Shown here piece after piece: positions 54,214 to 62,633 of a stretch of 64,000 nt of DNA. Made by a program: the position numbers and the translations under genes. Within the stretch, counting starts at the first letter, position 1, and each line of letters opens with the position of its first letter. A model generated the notes under the pieces. That model did no database searches. It was not told the DNA's origin and was given only the letters and a program-made list of their open reading frames with translations. Source of the stretch: Christensenella sp. (GTDB lineage: Bacteria; Bacillota; Clostridia; Christensenellales; UBA3700); NCBI GenBank assembly GCA_022784465.1, contig JALFUR010000010.1, positions 256,856-320,855 on the forward strand, read 5' to 3'.

Positions 54214-55659
54214 TTAAAGCGCTTTTTTTAATAAATTTATTGAAAAATCTAATCTTCTTAATGTTTCTTCTTTTCCGATTAACTCCGCAATCTCTGTAGC
54301 GCCTCCTGGAGTTGATGCAGCTGCTGTTATTGCTAGTCTTAAAGGTAAAAATACTTGTCCTGTCTTCATCTCGTTTGCTTGAGCAATGCTACTTAATATC
54401 TCTTTTAAATTGTCGTTTGTCCAAACATCTACTTTTGCTAGTGTATCTTGACATAAAGTTAACGCCTTTAGCGCAATGTCTAAAGTTATTTTCATTTTCT
54501 TGTGTTCAAACATTGATACATCGTATTCTTTAAATTCTTCAAGGAAATTTACCTTTTCTGGAATATCACTAAAGATCTCTATTCTTGGTATTAATAGTTG
54601 AGCAAGTTTTGTATAATCATATTTTCCTGCGATTTTACTTGCATCAAAATATGGTTTAGCATATTTAATAAAATCTTCTACAGACAATTTCTTTATATAT
54701 TCTCCATTCATCCAGCGCATTTTTGCTTCATCAAAAATGCTTGAAGATTTTGAAATGCCCTCTATATCAAACATGTCAATTAATTGATCCATAGAAAGAA
54801 TTTCTTCATTGCCTTTTGGAGACCATCCAAGTAGTGCAATGTAATTTACAATTGCTTCAGGCAAATATCCTTTTTCCAAAAAGTCCTCAAAGTTAGCATC
54901 CCCGTATCTTTTAGATAATTTATGTTGAGCGTCTTTCATTATAGGGGACAAGTGCATATATTGAGGTCTTTCCCATCCAAATGCATCATACATCAAATTA
55001 TATTTTGGAGTTGACGACAAATACTCAACGCCTCTAATTACACAATTTATGTGCATTAAATGGTCATCAACAACGTTAGCAAAATTATATGTTGGCATTC
55101 CATCAGACTTTATTAGTATTTCATCTTCCATGTCTTTATTTGGAACACAAATATGACCAAATACCATATCATCGTATTCGCTTACTCCCTCTTCTGGAAT
55201 ATTTTGTCTAATTACATAAGGCTCGCCAGCTTGTAGTTTTGCGTTAACTTCTTCTTTTGTTAACGAAAGACAATGCTTGTCGTATTTTCCTATTCCGTTT
55301 TCGTCTTTCAATGTTTCTAATCTTTCTTTTGAACAAAAACAATAATAGGCTCCACCTTTTTCAACTAATTCTTGTGCATATTTTAAATACAAAGATTTTC
55401 TTTCACTTTGAATATAAGGACCATATCCTCCGTCCTTATCTGGACCTTCATCGTGGTCAATTCCCGCTTTTTTTAAAGTTGCATAAATAACATCAACTGC
55501 CCCTTCAACATATCTTTCTTGATCTGTATCTTCAATTCTTAAGACAAAAGTTCCATTATTTTTTCTAGCCCATAAATACGCATATAAACATGTTCTTAAA
55601 TTACCAATGTGCATAAATCCTGTTGGACTTGGAGCAAATCTAGTTCTAATCTTTTCCAT
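54214..55659 (-). CDS. gltX: Glutamate--tRNA ligase
   Basis: 481 aa. RFAPSPTGFMHIGNLRT (HIGH) and KLSKR (KMSKS-type) motifs. Confidence 0.95.
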   Translation of the reverse strand: MEKIRTRFAPSPTGFMHIGNLRTCLYAYLWARKNNGTFVLRIEDTDQERYVEGAVDVIYATLKKAGIDHDEGPDKDGGYGPYIQSERKSLYLKYAQELVEKGGAYYCFCSKERLETLKDENGIGKYDKHCLSLTKEEVNAKLQAGEPYVIRQNIPEEGVSEYDDMVFGHICVPNKDMEDEILIKSDGMPTYNFANVVDDHLMHINCVIRGVEYLSSTPKYNLMYDAFGWERPQYMHLSPIMKDAQHKLSKRYGDANFEDFLEKGYLPEAIVNYIALLGWSPKGNEEILSMDQLIDMFDIEGISKSSSIFDEAKMRWMNGEYIKKLSVEDFIKYAKPYFDASKIAGKYDYTKLAQLLIPRIEIFSDIPEKVNFLEEFKEYDVSMFEHKKMKITLDIALKALTLCQDTLAKVDVWTNDNLKEILSSIAQANEMKTGQVFLPLRLAITAAASTPGGATEIAELIGKEETLRRLDFSINLLKKAL

Positions 55660-55728
55660 AACAATTTCCTTTAATTTTTATTCTTTATAAGAATATCATA
55701 TTTTATTTGATTTGTGTATAATATATGT

Positions 55729-57021
55729 ATGTCAAAAGATTATTTTAACGACCTTATAGAAAAAACACTTAGACTTGTTGCAATTAATTCCGTGCAAGAT
55801 GTTCCTTGCTCTATTTCTCCTTTTGGAAATGGCGTTGGTTTATGTCTTTTAGAAACAGAAAAAATTTGTAAAGAATTTGGATTTAAGACGCATAATGAAG
55901 AGGGCTATTATGTTACAGCCTCTATAGGAAACGGAGAAGAATTTGGCATATTAGGACACGTTGACACTGTTCCTTTTGATGCAAAAGCTTGGTCCGTAAA
56001 TCCTCTAGGCGAAATTAAAAACAATATCTTATATGGTCGTGGAGTTTTAGACGATAAAGGTCCAATGCTTGCATGCCTTGTTGCTGTAAAAGAATTGCTA
56101 GATTTAGGCTATAAGCCAAAATATAAAATCAAATTCATTTTTGGCGGAAACGAAGAAAGTGGATGGAAATGTATAGAAAGGTTTAACCAAAAAGAAAAAA
56201 TGCCACAAATTGGAATCTCTCCCGATGCAGATTTTCCAGTTATTAATTGTGAAAAAGGCATAGTTGAAATTACATCAAAAATAAAAAAACCATCTAGTTT
56301 ATGCAAAATTAAAGGCGGCTCAAGATCTAACGTTGTTATTGGAGAATGTAATGCTGTTGTAAATGGAATTCTACCTGCTCCAAAAGATATAAATGTTTCC
56401 ATTGAGCATTCTCAACATCACACATATATTAAAGCATTAGGACAAGCTGCTCATGGGTCTACTCCAAACAAGGGAGACAATGCTTTTCATCATATATTAA
56501 ATTATTTGGCACAATATAATCCTAGCGAATATTTAGAATTATCTAAAAAATTGTGTCATATAACTGGTGAAGGCTTAAATCTAAAATTACATGATACTGT
56601 TAGTGGTGATTTAACATTTAATGTAGGCGTTGTAAAAGACAACAATGATTATTTAGAAATCGTTATGGATATTAGATATCCTATAACATATACAAAAGAG
56701 CAAATTTTAGAAATAGTCAAATCTAATTTATCTCAAGATAGTACTATTACGCATTTCCATGATCCTTTGTATGTAGCTAAAGATGACCCTTTAGTTGAAT
56801 GTTTACTAAAAGCATATACAAAAGTAACGCAACAAAAGGCTGAACCTATTACAATTGGTGGCGGAACTTACGCTAGAGCCCTTCCTCATGGGGTTGCTTT
56901 TGGTCCTATTTTCCCAGATCAAGAATCTACAATTCATCAAATTGACGAAAGAGTGTCTTTGATAGATTTTGAAAAAGCATATAATGTTTATTTTGAAGCT
57001 TTAAAAATGTTATTTAATTAA
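55729..57021 (+). CDS. M20-family metallopeptidase (PepV/Sapep-like dipeptidase)
   Basis: GHVDTVP, DDKGP, GNEESG and GGGTYAR motifs. ATG at 55729 preferred. The track's GTG at 55714 lies inside a TATAAT box (55717..55722). Confidence 0.8.
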   Translation: MSKDYFNDLIEKTLRLVAINSVQDVPCSISPFGNGVGLCLLETEKICKEFGFKTHNEEGYYVTASIGNGEEFGILGHVDTVPFDAKAWSVNPLGEIKNNILYGRGVLDDKGPMLACLVAVKELLDLGYKPKYKIKFIFGGNEESGWKCIERFNQKEKMPQIGISPDADFPVINCEKGIVEITSKIKKPSSLCKIKGGSRSNVVIGECNAVVNGILPAPKDINVSIEHSQHHTYIKALGQAAHGSTPNKGDNAFHHILNYLAQYNPSEYLELSKKLCHITGEGLNLKLHDTVSGDLTFNVGVVKDNNDYLEIVMDIRYPITYTKEQILEIVKSNLSQDSTITHFHDPLYVAKDDPLVECLLKAYTKVTQQKAEPITIGGGTYARALPHGVAFGPIFPDQESTIHQIDERVSLIDFEKAYNVYFEALKMLFN

Positions 57022-57070
57022 AAAAATGCCTATACTTTTTTGCTTGTGCATTTTGGTATAGGCATCTTTT
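57022..57070. terminator. Bidirectional terminator between convergent genes
   Basis: AAAAA-ATGCCTATAC-(20 nt)-GTATAGGCAT-CTTTT. Confidence 0.75.
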
Positions 57071-57086
57071 CGTATTGTTTTACTCT

Positions 57087-58799
57087 CTACATTATATGCG
57101 TTCCGTGCTCTGCGTTATATTTTGCAATATCTGCTTGTCTAATCTCTGTTCTTCTAATTTTTCCATTAAATGTTTTTGGGAGTTCTTTAACAAATTCAAT
57201 AACTCTTGGATATTTATATGGAGCAGTATTATGTTTTACATAATCTTGTAATTCTTTCTTTAGTTCGTCTGATTCTACATATCCGTTTTTAACAACAATT
57301 GTTGCTTTTACGTTAAATCCACGAACAGGATCTGGAATTCCTGTTACTGCAACCTCTAAAACTGCTGGGTGCTCTAATAGTACGCTCTCAACTTCAAAAG
57401 GTCCAATTCTGTATCCTGAAGACTTAATTACATCATCATTACGTCCAACATATTGAATCTTTTTGTTTTCATCGATAAAAGCTTTATCTCCTGTATGATA
57501 ATATCCATCTCTCCATGACTCTGCTGTTGCTTCTGGATTGTTATAATAGCCACAACATAATCCACATGGCTTATTATCTAGAGTTGCTTTAATACAAATT
57601 TCACCAACCTCACCTGGCATACATAATTGGCCATCTTCATTTACAATCTCTGTTTGATAGCCTAAAGCAGATTTTCCAATAGATCCAGATTTTGGTTTAT
57701 CATAGCCATATAATGTAGCAATACAGCAAGTTGTTTCTGTTTGACCAAATCCCTCATATATTTCAAGTCCTGTTGCTGCTTTCCATGTGTTAAATATTTC
57801 AGGATTTAAAGCTTCTCCGGCTGCATTACAATGAACTAAAGATGACAAATCGTATTTTGATACATCGCTTTGCAACAATAGTCTATACATTGTTGGAGGA
57901 ACACAGAATGTTGTAACTTTATATTTTTCCATTATTCCTAAAATCTTGTCAGCATTAAACTTTTCAAAGTCATAAACTAGTACAGCTGACTCTCCAAGCC
58001 ATTGTCCATAGAACTTGCCCCAAAGAGATTTTAACCAACCTGTATCTGAAATTGTAAAGTGTACACCACCATCAACAACTCTATGCCAAAAGACTCCCGT
58101 TACAATATGTCCTAATGGATAAGTGAAATCGTGTAATACCATTTTTGGATAATCATTTGTTCCGGATGTAAAAGATAAAAGCATAATATCTGTTGCTTTT
58201 GTAGCAGCATCTCCTGTTGGTCTTTCAAACACATCTGAACATGCTTCGTATTCTTCTTCAAAATTGTGCCATCCTGACAAATGTTTATCTAAAGTTGTTA
58301 TCTTTATTGAAACTGATGGGCAATCTTTTGAGCATTCTTCAAATCTATCTGCTGGATCTCCATCTCCTGTAATAATTACAGCTTTAATATTAGCTGCTTG
58401 ACACCTATATGTGTAATCATGATACATCAACATATGTGTAGCTTGAATTCCAATAGCGCCAATTTTATGTAAAGCAAGCATTGATATCCAGAACAAATAG
58501 CTTCTTTTTAATACTAATAAAACTTTATCTCCTTTCTTTATCCCTAAAGAAATAAAATAGTTTGCTGCTTTATTTGAAAGTTTCATTAAATCTCTAAAAG
58601 TAAATCTCTTTTCTTCAGTTTCGTCTTTTGAAACCCAAATCATTGCTAACTTATTTGGCTTTGTCTTTGCCAATTCATCAATTACATCAAAAGCGTAATT
58701 AAAATTGTCTGGATATGTTATTTTGTAATTTTTTTGTGCATCTTCTAATGATTCAAAAGAATCTCTATTTCTTCCAATAAATTTTTCGTAGATAGCCAT
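57087..58799 (-). CDS. AMP-forming acyl-CoA synthetase (medium-chain/acetyl-CoA synthetase-like, ANL superfamily)
   Basis: 570 aa. AMP-binding box LSFTSGTNDYPKMVLH, YGQTE-like FGQTET, TGD and the C-terminal GKIRR lysine motif. Confidence 0.85.
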   Translation of the reverse strand: MAIYEKFIGRNRDSFESLEDAQKNYKITYPDNFNYAFDVIDELAKTKPNKLAMIWVSKDETEEKRFTFRDLMKLSNKAANYFISLGIKKGDKVLLVLKRSYLFWISMLALHKIGAIGIQATHMLMYHDYTYRCQAANIKAVIITGDGDPADRFEECSKDCPSVSIKITTLDKHLSGWHNFEEEYEACSDVFERPTGDAATKATDIMLLSFTSGTNDYPKMVLHDFTYPLGHIVTGVFWHRVVDGGVHFTISDTGWLKSLWGKFYGQWLGESAVLVYDFEKFNADKILGIMEKYKVTTFCVPPTMYRLLLQSDVSKYDLSSLVHCNAAGEALNPEIFNTWKAATGLEIYEGFGQTETTCCIATLYGYDKPKSGSIGKSALGYQTEIVNEDGQLCMPGEVGEICIKATLDNKPCGLCCGYYNNPEATAESWRDGYYHTGDKAFIDENKKIQYVGRNDDVIKSSGYRIGPFEVESVLLEHPAVLEVAVTGIPDPVRGFNVKATIVVKNGYVESDELKKELQDYVKHNTAPYKYPRVIEFVKELPKTFNGKIRRTEIRQADIAKYNAEHGTHIM

Positions 58800-58821
58800 A
58801 TTTTTTTCTCCTATTTGCTTG

Positions 58822-59373
58822 CTACTTTTTATTAATAACTATTGCGATAAACTTTGCTGGTCCACCAATTGACATCTCTCTATGAGGAGTTGTGGCATCA
58901 AAATAAACGCTGTCTCCTTCCTCAAGTTCATATGTAATATCTCCAAAATCAAACTTCAATTTTCCTGATACAACATAATTGAACTCTTGTCCATCATGCG
59001 AATGCATCTCTGGAACAACAGATGGTTCAACCGTTACCATAAATGGCTCAGCTAGTTTCTTTTTAAATGTGAATGCTAAATGCTTATAATCATATGCATC
59101 ATTTCTAGATATTTTATATCCTTTTCCTGATCTTACTAACGCACATCCTGTTATTGTTGGACCATTTCCTTCTAACAAATCTACAACATCAACATTAAAC
59201 ATTTTTGCAACATTATACATTGTACTGAATGAGAAATCCTTTTCTCCTGCTTCATAAGCAAGATATTCTTCCTCTGAAATGCCAAGTCTTTCAGCTACTT
59301 CAAGAGCAGTATAATCCATTATTTCTCTTAAATCGCGCATTCTCATGCCCATTTCTTTTAATTGATCTGTCAT
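58822..59373 (-). CDS. XRE-family HTH plus cupin-domain transcriptional regulator
   Basis: 183 aa. N-terminal HTH (ALEVAERLGISEEEYLAYEAGE) and C-terminal cupin (HSHDGQEFNYVVSGKL...H). Confidence 0.8.
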   Translation of the reverse strand: MTDQLKEMGMRMRDLREIMDYTALEVAERLGISEEEYLAYEAGEKDFSFSTMYNVAKMFNVDVVDLLEGNGPTITGCALVRSGKGYKISRNDAYDYKHLAFTFKKKLAEPFMVTVEPSVVPEMHSHDGQEFNYVVSGKLKFDFGDITYELEEGDSVYFDATTPHREMSIGGPAKFIAIVINKK

Positions 59374-59388
59374 TTTTTTACCTATATT

Positions 59389-59919
59389 CTAATAATTAAA
59401 GCCTAAATCAATTGCTTTTTTGTTCATTTCTAACTTGTCTGCGTGTTTAGTAGAAACGACTTTTGTCAAAGCTTGCATTAACGTATCGTAAGACACAACT
59501 TTGCTTTCTTTTACAACTTTTCCAAGAATAATCATATTTGCTAGCCCAGGCAAAGAATTGTCTGATGCCATTTGTGTTGCAGGTATTTCATATATTGAAA
59601 CATCTGCCCTTTCTACCTTATCTTCAATTAATGAACTATCATAGAATATTTGTCCATTTGATTCAGTTTCAGATAAGTATTTAAACAAAGATGGTTTATT
59701 CATTGCTATTAAAATTGTTGGTTGAGAAACAATTGGAGAACCTACTGGTGTATCGCTAATCATAACGCTGCAGTTTGCTGTACCGCCTCTCATTTCTGGT
59801 CCATATGAAGGCAACCAACTTATTTCTTTATTGTCTATTAATCCTGCTTGAGCAAGAACTTTTCCTGAAAATAAAATACCTTGTCCACCAAAACCTGCAA
59901 ATAAAATCTTGTTATCCAT
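59389..59919 (-). CDS. 2-oxoacid:ferredoxin oxidoreductase, gamma subunit
   Basis: 176 aa. FAGFGGQGILFSGKVLAQA motif typical of the POR/VOR/KOR gamma domain. Confidence 0.85.
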   Translation of the reverse strand: MDNKILFAGFGGQGILFSGKVLAQAGLIDNKEISWLPSYGPEMRGGTANCSVMISDTPVGSPIVSQPTILIAMNKPSLFKYLSETESNGQIFYDSSLIEDKVERADVSIYEIPATQMASDNSLPGLANMIILGKVVKESKVVSYDTLMQALTKVVSTKHADKLEMNKKAIDLGFNY

Positions 59920-60671
59920 TATTTGTTCTCCTCCTGTGCATATTTATCTTTGTAAACACCTAAAGGATAGTATGTTTGCATGTTTTCTTCTAACCATTTT
60001 AAAGCATCAACTGGTGATTTTCCCCAGTTTGTAGGGCATGTAGATAAAACTTCAATTAAAGAAAAACCTTTCTTGTCTATTTGATTTTGGAATGCTTTCT
60101 TTATTGCTTTTTTTGCTTTGTTAATATTTCTTACATTATTTACAGCAACTCTTTCTACATAAGATGCGCCATCAATTTGAGATAGCATTTCGCAGACTTT
60201 AACTGGATATCCAACTACTGTTACATCTCTTCCATAAGGAGATGTTTGTGTAACTTGTTGTGGTAATGTTGTAGGAGCCATTTGTCCGCCTGTCATACCA
60301 TAAATGGCATTGTTGACAAATATAATAGTGATATTTTCATTTCTTGCTGCAGAGTGAACTGTTTCTGCTGTTCCTATTGCAGCTAAATCTCCATCGCCTT
60401 GATATGTAAATACAATATTATCTGGCTTTGCTCTTTTAATTCCTGTAGCTACAGCTGGTGCACGACCATGTGCAGCTTGAACCATATCGCAATTAAAATA
60501 ATTATACGAGAATACGCTACATCCAACTGAAGCAACTCCTACTGTTTTATCTAAAACTCCCAATTCCTCTAAAGACTCAGCAACTAAACGATGAATTATA
60601 CCGTGAGTACATCCTGGGCAATAGTGAAATTGTGCATCTGTTAAACCTTTAGTTTTCTTGAATACTTCCAT
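59919..60671 (-). CDS. 2-oxoacid:ferredoxin oxidoreductase, beta (TPP-binding) subunit
   Basis: 250 aa. CPGCTHG and GDGDLAAIG...NN TPP-binding motif. 1-nt overlap with the gamma gene. Confidence 0.9.
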   Translation of the reverse strand: MEVFKKTKGLTDAQFHYCPGCTHGIIHRLVAESLEELGVLDKTVGVASVGCSVFSYNYFNCDMVQAAHGRAPAVATGIKRAKPDNIVFTYQGDGDLAAIGTAETVHSAARNENITIIFVNNAIYGMTGGQMAPTTLPQQVTQTSPYGRDVTVVGYPVKVCEMLSQIDGASYVERVAVNNVRNINKAKKAIKKAFQNQIDKKGFSLIEVLSTCPTNWGKSPVDALKWLEENMQTYYPLGVYKDKYAQEENK

Positions 60672-60682
60672 TTTGTTACCTC

Positions 60683-61735
60683 CTATTTAGCAGCCTTTTC
60701 TATAGCTTCATATACTTCTTGTGGAGACATTATTACTCCACCTGTTCTGTTGCATAATGTAACAGGCTTTGAACAATTAATGGCAAGTTTAATATCGTCT
60801 ATCATTTGACCCATAGATAATTCTACAGAAATAAATGATTTAACTTTTTCTGCAGCTTTTTTCAATGCTTCTTCTGGGAATGGCCATAGTGTTATTGGTC
60901 TAATCATACCAACTTTTATTCCATTTTTTCTTGCTTCAACAATAGCGTTTTTAGATACTCTTGATGCGATACCAAAAGCAACTACACAAATCTCTGCGTC
61001 TTCCATCATGAATTCTTCATACATAACTTCTTCTTTCTTTACAATTTCGTATCTTTTGTATCTATCAAAATTCCATTGTTCAAGTTCTGGAGCATTTAAA
61101 CTTAATGAGTTAACAATATTTCTATGATCTCTATTGCCTCTGCCGCAAGCCGCCCATGGCTTTTCATATGTATTAACTTGTACTTGATCAATACTAACTG
61201 GTTCCATCATTTGTCCGATTGTACCATCTGTTAGAATCATAAGTGGCATTCTATATTTATCTGCTAAATCAAAGCCTTTTATTGTCATGCTGAACATTTC
61301 TTGAACTGACGCTGGAGCTAATACTATTAAATGATAATCTCCGTGTCCACCACCTTTAGTAGCTTGATAATAATCAGATTGTGATGGTTGAATTCCGCCA
61401 AGTCCAGGGCCACCTCTTTCAACGTTTACAATAACAGCTGGCAAATCGCATCCAGCCATATATGAGATGCCTTCGCTTTTTAAAGAAATTCCAGGGCTTG
61501 ATGAACTTGTCATAGATCTAACACCCGCTGCTGATGCGCCTAATACCATATTAATAGCTGCTATTTCGCTTTCTGCTTGTAAGAATGTTCCACCAATTTT
61601 AGGCATTCTTTTTGCCATATAAGCAGCAACTTCTGTTTGTGGTGTTATAGGATAACCAAAATAGTGTCTGCATCCTGCAACAATAGCTGCTTCTGCAAGA
61701 GCTTCATTTCCTTTCATTAAAACCTTCTCTGCCAT
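60683..61735 (-). CDS. 2-oxoacid:ferredoxin oxidoreductase, alpha subunit
   Basis: 350 aa. MKGNEALAEAAIVAGCRHYFGYPITPQTE N-terminus typical of VorB/KorA-type alpha subunits. Confidence 0.9.
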   Translation of the reverse strand: MAEKVLMKGNEALAEAAIVAGCRHYFGYPITPQTEVAAYMAKRMPKIGGTFLQAESEIAAINMVLGASAAGVRSMTSSSSPGISLKSEGISYMAGCDLPAVIVNVERGGPGLGGIQPSQSDYYQATKGGGHGDYHLIVLAPASVQEMFSMTIKGFDLADKYRMPLMILTDGTIGQMMEPVSIDQVQVNTYEKPWAACGRGNRDHRNIVNSLSLNAPELEQWNFDRYKRYEIVKKEEVMYEEFMMEDAEICVVAFGIASRVSKNAIVEARKNGIKVGMIRPITLWPFPEEALKKAAEKVKSFISVELSMGQMIDDIKLAINCSKPVTLCNRTGGVIMSPQEVYEAIEKAAK

Positions 61736-61744
61736 TTTAACCTC

Positions 61745-61948
61745 CTATCTTTCCACTGTGATTACAACATCTGGACACATCATTGCGCAGCTTGCACAAC
61801 CTATACATGCATCTTGATTAACCACTTCTGCTGGATGATACCCTTTCGAGTTCATTCTCTTAGATAGCGAAACTATCTTCTTTGGACAAGCTGTTACGCA
61901 CAAACCGCAACCTTTACACTTATCTTCATTAAATGTTACTTTTGCCAT
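61745..61948 (-). CDS. 2-oxoacid:ferredoxin oxidoreductase, delta subunit (2x[4Fe-4S] ferredoxin)
   Basis: 67 aa. CKGCGLCVTACP and CIGCASCAMMCP. Confidence 0.85.
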   Translation of the reverse strand: MAKVTFNEDKCKGCGLCVTACPKKIVSLSKRMNSKGYHPAEVVNQDACIGCASCAMMCPDVVITVER

Positions 61949-61964
61949 TCTATCTATACTCCTT

Positions 61965-62633
61965 TTAGCACCAATCTCCGTAATGAATTACTTCAATAGG
62001 TATTAAATTTTTTATTTCATCTTTTAATTCGTCATATAAATCTTCTCTTGCACAAGTAAATTTTACATCAAGTCCTGTTACTTTAGAAAACTCATTTACG
62101 AATTTTATACTATTTAATATTGTTTCTTTCGTTGTTTCTCTTCCTAGATTTGAATCATTTACTATTCCAGTAAACTTGATCCCGCAAGCCTGTTCAATTT
62201 CTGTCATTATTTCAATTAAACCTTCAATAGTTTTTGTTTCAAATCTATACTTATTTACTACAAGTAGCATGTCATAATTGTTTTCTTTAAGAATATCTTT
62301 TTCAAATCTTCCTAAAGCTAATGCGCCTCTATCATCTCCGCCTACATCAACAACAGCATTTTTCTCTTTATCATGAATCATTGCATATGCTTGTGGATTC
62401 ATTGCCGGTGTATCTACGTTCGAATTTGCAAACGACGATGCCACAAGCGGAATGTTATATCTGTCTAAAATATCTTTACCATCTAATGTTCTAAAATAGG
62501 GATTAACAATATCCATGTCAAAAATTTCCACATTGTAACCTTGGTTTTTTTGCCATACAGCATAATTAACCGCAACGTTGGTTTTTCCGCTTCCATAATG
62601 TCCTGCAAGTATTGTTATTCTCTTTGGTTCCAT
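61965..62633 (-). CDS. P-loop ATPase of the MinD/ParA/CobQ-like class (222 aa), function unknown
   Basis: Deviant Walker A ILAGHYGSGKTNVAVNYA. 1-nt overlap with the upstream acyl-CoA ligase gene. Confidence 0.55.
   Translation of the reverse strand: MEPKRITILAGHYGSGKTNVAVNYAVWQKNQGYNVEIFDMDIVNPYFRTLDGKDILDRYNIPLVASSFANSNVDTPAMNPQAYAMIHDKEKNAVVDVGGDDRGALALGRFEKDILKENNYDMLLVVNKYRFETKTIEGLIEIMTEIEQACGIKFTGIVNDSNLGRETTKETILNSIKFVNEFSKVTGLDVKFTCAREDLYDELKDEIKNLIPIEVIHYGDWC

Noticed and set aside
57040-57243. Plus-strand 67-aa ORF
   Set aside because: It overlaps the bidirectional terminator and the 3' end of the acyl-CoA synthetase gene on the opposite strand. No RBS.
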